Shown: one piece after another, positions 61,255 through 64,000 of the stretch
Layout of the letters: each line of letters starts with the position of its first letter
Numbering within the stretch: the first letter of the stretch is position 1
DNA from: an uncultured Candidatus Saccharibacteria bacterium
GTDB taxonomy: Bacteria > Patescibacteriota > Doudnabacteria > UBA920
Assembly: GCA_964477745.1 (NCBI GenBank)
Contig: CAYZEI010000001.1
Span: forward strand, 64,393-128,392
Direction of reading: 5' to 3'
Length of the DNA: 64,000 nt
The notes under the pieces: generated by a model
The model's database searches: none
Told to the model about the DNA's origin: nothing
The model's input: the letters and a program-made list of their open reading frames with translations, nothing else
Translations under genes and position numbers: made by a program

Positions 61255-61643
61255 CCGGATACATTGCAAACTTAGAAGAAATTACTATAAGCAACACTGA
61301 CTTCCGCAGGGTATTATATACCGGCAAACATAGCCAACTGGTTCTTATGAGCCTAAAACCTAGTGAAGAAATTGGCGCCGAAGTTCACACCCTAGACCAA
61401 TTCTTTCGGTTTGAAAAAGGCGCAGGCAAAGTGGTAATTGACGGAGTAGAACATTTGGTCAAAGACGGTAGCGGGGTAATTGTGCCGGCCGGCGCCAACC
61501 ATAATGTCATAAATACCGGCGATGCGGACTTAAAACTATATACAATTTATTCCCCGGCTGAACATAAAGACGGCACCATTCGCGCTACCAAACAAGAAGC
61601 AATTAATAACGAAGAACATTTTGACGGTGTGGCCACCGAATAA
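61251..61643 (+). CDS. Cupin-domain protein
   Basis: Cupin_2-like G(X)5HXH...-like beta-barrel motifs. Confidence 0.6.
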   Translation: MTGYIANLEEITISNTDFRRVLYTGKHSQLVLMSLKPSEEIGAEVHTLDQFFRFEKGAGKVVIDGVEHLVKDGSGVIVPAGANHNVINTGDADLKLYTIYSPAEHKDGTIRATKQEAINNEEHFDGVATE

Positions 61644-61650
61644 TCTATCT

Positions 61651-62157
61651 ATGAAGAAAACTTTTCAACTAGCTTCACTCATTTTAATTGGAGGGTATTT
61701 AATTTCTTGTGGGGTAACTGCAAGCACTTTCCACTTTATTGATTACACCAATTTAATTTTTCACGAAGCCGGCCATTGGATATTTATGCCCTTTGGGGAA
61801 TTTATAACTTTTGCCGGCGGAAGCCTAAACCAAGTATTAATTCCGCTAATTGTGGCCGGATATTTTTTGTGGCACAGACAAATGGTATCGGCGGCTTTAA
61901 GTTTTATGTGGGCGGGGCAAAGTTTAATTAATGTTTCGGTTTATGCCGCCGACGCCTTAAAAATGCAACTCCCGCTCCTTGGGGGCGACAGCTCCATTCA
62001 TGACTGGAACTGGATGTTAATTTATTTAGGACAGCTTAGACATACCGCCGGAATTGCCCAAACCATAAATGTATTGGGTTGGATTTGTTTGCTTGCTGGA
62101 CTACTGGGAGGTTTGTACTTTATACTTACGGAAACCGAAACTATAGATTATGTCTAA
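61651..62157 (+). CDS. Membrane protein, unknown function
   Basis: Hydrophobicity; terminator 62195..62225. Confidence 0.45.
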   Translation: MKKTFQLASLILIGGYLISCGVTASTFHFIDYTNLIFHEAGHWIFMPFGEFITFAGGSLNQVLIPLIVAGYFLWHRQMVSAALSFMWAGQSLINVSVYAADALKMQLPLLGGDSSIHDWNWMLIYLGQLRHTAGIAQTINVLGWICLLAGLLGGLYFILTETETIDYV

Positions 62158-62245
62158 ACTTAATTCCAAAAAAATTATACTCGATAAACCCTCTCTGCCC
62201 CGCAAAAAGCGGGGCATCTCTCCCATAAAGGGAGAGAGTAAAGTG

Positions 62246-63361
62246 ATGATTCTCGCTATTGAAACCAGCTGCGACGAAACTGCCGCAGCGGTTTTAGAAG
62301 TAACCACCGGCGACAAATGGCCGGAAATTACCACCTTGTCGTCCATAGTAAATTCCCAAATTAAATTACACAGTAAAATGGGTGGCGTAGTACCGGAAGT
62401 GGCTGCCCGGGCTCACGTAAAAAACATCCGCCCGGTGGTCACTGCAGCCCTAAAAGCTAGCTCCTATAAGCTAGAAGCTATAGACTACATCGCCGTCACC
62501 GCCGGCCCCGGTCTTATTCCTTCACTAATTGTTGGCGTGGAGTTTGCTAAAGCTTTGTCCTTGGCCACCGGCAAACCGCTAATCCCGGTTAACCATATGC
62601 TTGGACACCTTTATTCTCCCTTTGGGAGAATAAAATCCAAAATCCAAATTTCCAATGACAAAAAAAATCCAAAATCTGAAATCATAAATCATAAATCTTT
62701 TTTTCCTAATATTTCTTTGATAGTTTCCGGAGGTCATACAATTCTGGTATTAATGCCCGCCAGAGGCGGGTCCGCCTCTGGCGGAGAAAATTCCAAGGAA
62801 TATATAGTACTTGGCCAAACCGTAGACGACGCGGCCGGTGAAGCATTTGATAAAGTAGCCAAGCTCTTAGGTCTCCCCTACCCAGGTGGTCCGGAAGTTT
62901 CGCGCCTGGCTTTAAAAGGAAATCCTACCGCCATAAATTTTCCTCGGCCAATGATCCATGCAAAAAATTATGACTTTTCTTTCTCCGGACTCAAAACCGC
63001 AGTTCTATATTATGTAAAAGATAAAGGATTAAAGATTAAAGATGAAGGTTTTACTGCGGATGTCTGCGCCAGCTTCCAAGCCGCGGCCGTGGACGTCTTG
63101 GTACAAAAAACCATGCGTGCAGTAAAACAATTCAATGCCAAATCCGTATCTCTCTCCGGCGGTGTCGCCGCCAATGCAGTCCTGCGTGATGCATTAAATC
63201 TTCAATCTAAAAACCTAAATCTTAAATTTTTTGTCCCTGACAAAAATTTATGCACCGACAATGCGGAAATGATTGGCATTGCTTCTGCCTTTATGCTACA
63301 AAACGGTTTTAAGCCTGTCAGTTATAAAAAAGCCAAAGCCGACTCCAATTTACATTTATAA
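62246..63361 (+). CDS. tsaD: tRNA N6-threonylcarbamoyladenosine synthase TsaD (carries in-frame palindromic element)
   Basis: MILAIETSCDETAAAV, HMLGHLY, GGVAAN motifs; start after GGGAGAG RBS. Confidence 0.85.
   Translation: MILAIETSCDETAAAVLEVTTGDKWPEITTLSSIVNSQIKLHSKMGGVVPEVAARAHVKNIRPVVTAALKASSYKLEAIDYIAVTAGPGLIPSLIVGVEFAKALSLATGKPLIPVNHMLGHLYSPFGRIKSKIQISNDKKNPKSEIINHKSFFPNISLIVSGGHTILVLMPARGGSASGGENSKEYIVLGQTVDDAAGEAFDKVAKLLGLPYPGGPEVSRLALKGNPTAINFPRPMIHAKNYDFSFSGLKTAVLYYVKDKGLKIKDEGFTADVCASFQAAAVDVLVQKTMRAVKQFNAKSVSLSGGVAANAVLRDALNLQSKNLNLKFFVPDKNLCTDNAEMIGIASAFMLQNGFKPVSYKKAKADSNLHL
62755..62794. repeat. In-frame palindromic element type B, copy 2 inside tsaD
   Basis: Near-identical to 20757..20792; encodes ARGGSASGGEN insertion absent from canonical TsaD. 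Confidence 0.7.
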
Positions 63362-63470
63362 AGAATTTTTTGTCTTTTTGGTTTAAAATAAAAAAATAAA
63401 ACTGTTTGTTAATTGATGATTACCCTAAGGGGTAGTCATGAGGGAACAAATCCACTGGAGGTAAGTGACC

Positions 63471-63755
63471 ATGAGGGTTATGCGTTTTTCTTCTGAGACT
63501 TTCGCTCAGCGCTTTACTGAAGCGCATTTAACGGCGCGGGATCGAGTCACCGTCTACCAAGGACAGCAGGTCTGCCTGGTTATTCCGGAAGACTACATCG
63601 TCCCAAGCGGTTCGGTACCCGGACTGCTTGAAGAAGTGCTGATAGAGCACAACGAATCAAAAATCGTGTCCCTGCTGGAACACGAAGACTGGGACAACCT
63701 CTTTCCCCGAATTGAACGCGGATCGGGAGAGGTGGTACTGTCTCATATTTGCTGA
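63471..63755 (+). CDS. Small protein with Phd/YefM-antitoxin-like N-terminal region; GC-rich unit
   Basis: GGAGG RBS; N-terminal pattern resembles YefM; terminator 63768..63815. Confidence 0.35.
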   Translation: MRVMRFSSETFAQRFTEAHLTARDRVTVYQGQQVCLVIPEDYIVPSGSVPGLLEEVLIEHNESKIVSLLEHEDWDNLFPRIERGSGEVVLSHIC

Positions 63756-64000
63756 AAGCGCTAGCCGGCCGGCCAGACATCACTTAAAGGGTGTCTGGCC
63801 ACAAATTTTTTTAGGCTTGAAACTGCTTTCGGAATGCTATATACTATACACAAGCTTACATTTCGGCCGTCACCGGAATATCCGCGCCGACAGCGCGGAA
63901 GCATCGGAAGAACCACTTAGGAAGTAGTAATTGGAAAATAGTGATTAGTGCCTTACACTAACTACTCATTACTAACTACTCATTACTAATTAAAGTAGAC

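Noticed and set aside
62150-62245. N-terminal 32-aa extension of TsaD in the ORF track (start at 62150)
   Set aside because: The upstream part overlaps the terminator hairpin of the preceding gene (62195..62225) and has no RBS. A GGGAGAG RBS precedes the conserved MILAIETSCDE start at 62246.

Overview
This is a low-GC window (about 40%) with a Gram-positive-like, small-genome flavour that would fit a CPR/Patescibacteria-type bacterium; the taxonomy is an inference from gene content only. Most of the sequence is ordinary housekeeping DNA: the hrcA-grpE-dnaK heat-shock operon with a CIRCE-like operator, uvrA and uvrC, trpS, RNase J, rpsF-ssb-rpsR, efp, ychF, engB, tsaD, gdh, trxB, htrA, secG, tRNA-Leu(CAG) and tRNA-Glu(UUC). 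The accessory content is a complete type IV pilus-like operon (pilB, pilC, five prepilin-leader proteins, plus a divergent pilin-like LVIVD beta-propeller protein), a sortase-like gene paired with an LPRTG-anchored surface protein, and a very large serine/threonine-rich Ig-like repeat surface protein. The signals that the gene list does not explain are these. (1) About nine short GC-rich mini-islands (roughly 50-60% GC), each a self-contained promoter + strong SD + small ORF + hairpin-terminator unit; one encodes a PEP-CTERM protein, and one holds three modular small genes that share upstream and downstream motifs. (2) Two families of palindromic repeat elements inserted in-frame inside core genes (two different elements in uvrC, one in tsaD, one in a putative glucosaminidase gene), resembling Rickettsia palindromic elements. 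(3) A ~570-nt GC-rich non-coding block that contains a 16S-rRNA-3'-end-like sequence (GGTAACCGTAG...GATCACCTCCTTTC) and may be a structured RNA. (4) A VanW-like gene flanked by an ~80-nt direct duplication that carries the first codons of the neighbouring gene, which looks like an insertion scar. (5) A DUF1059-like gene bracketed by direct repeats that each contain a 34-36-nt palindrome, perfect in the upstream copy. (6) An AT-rich block next to tRNA-Glu encoding a PIN-like protein, a polytopic membrane protein and a DinB-family protein. (7) A sortase homologue with Ser in the catalytic-Cys position. (8) A lipoprotein gene with an in-frame TAA. No CRISPR array, transposase or integrase was recognised.
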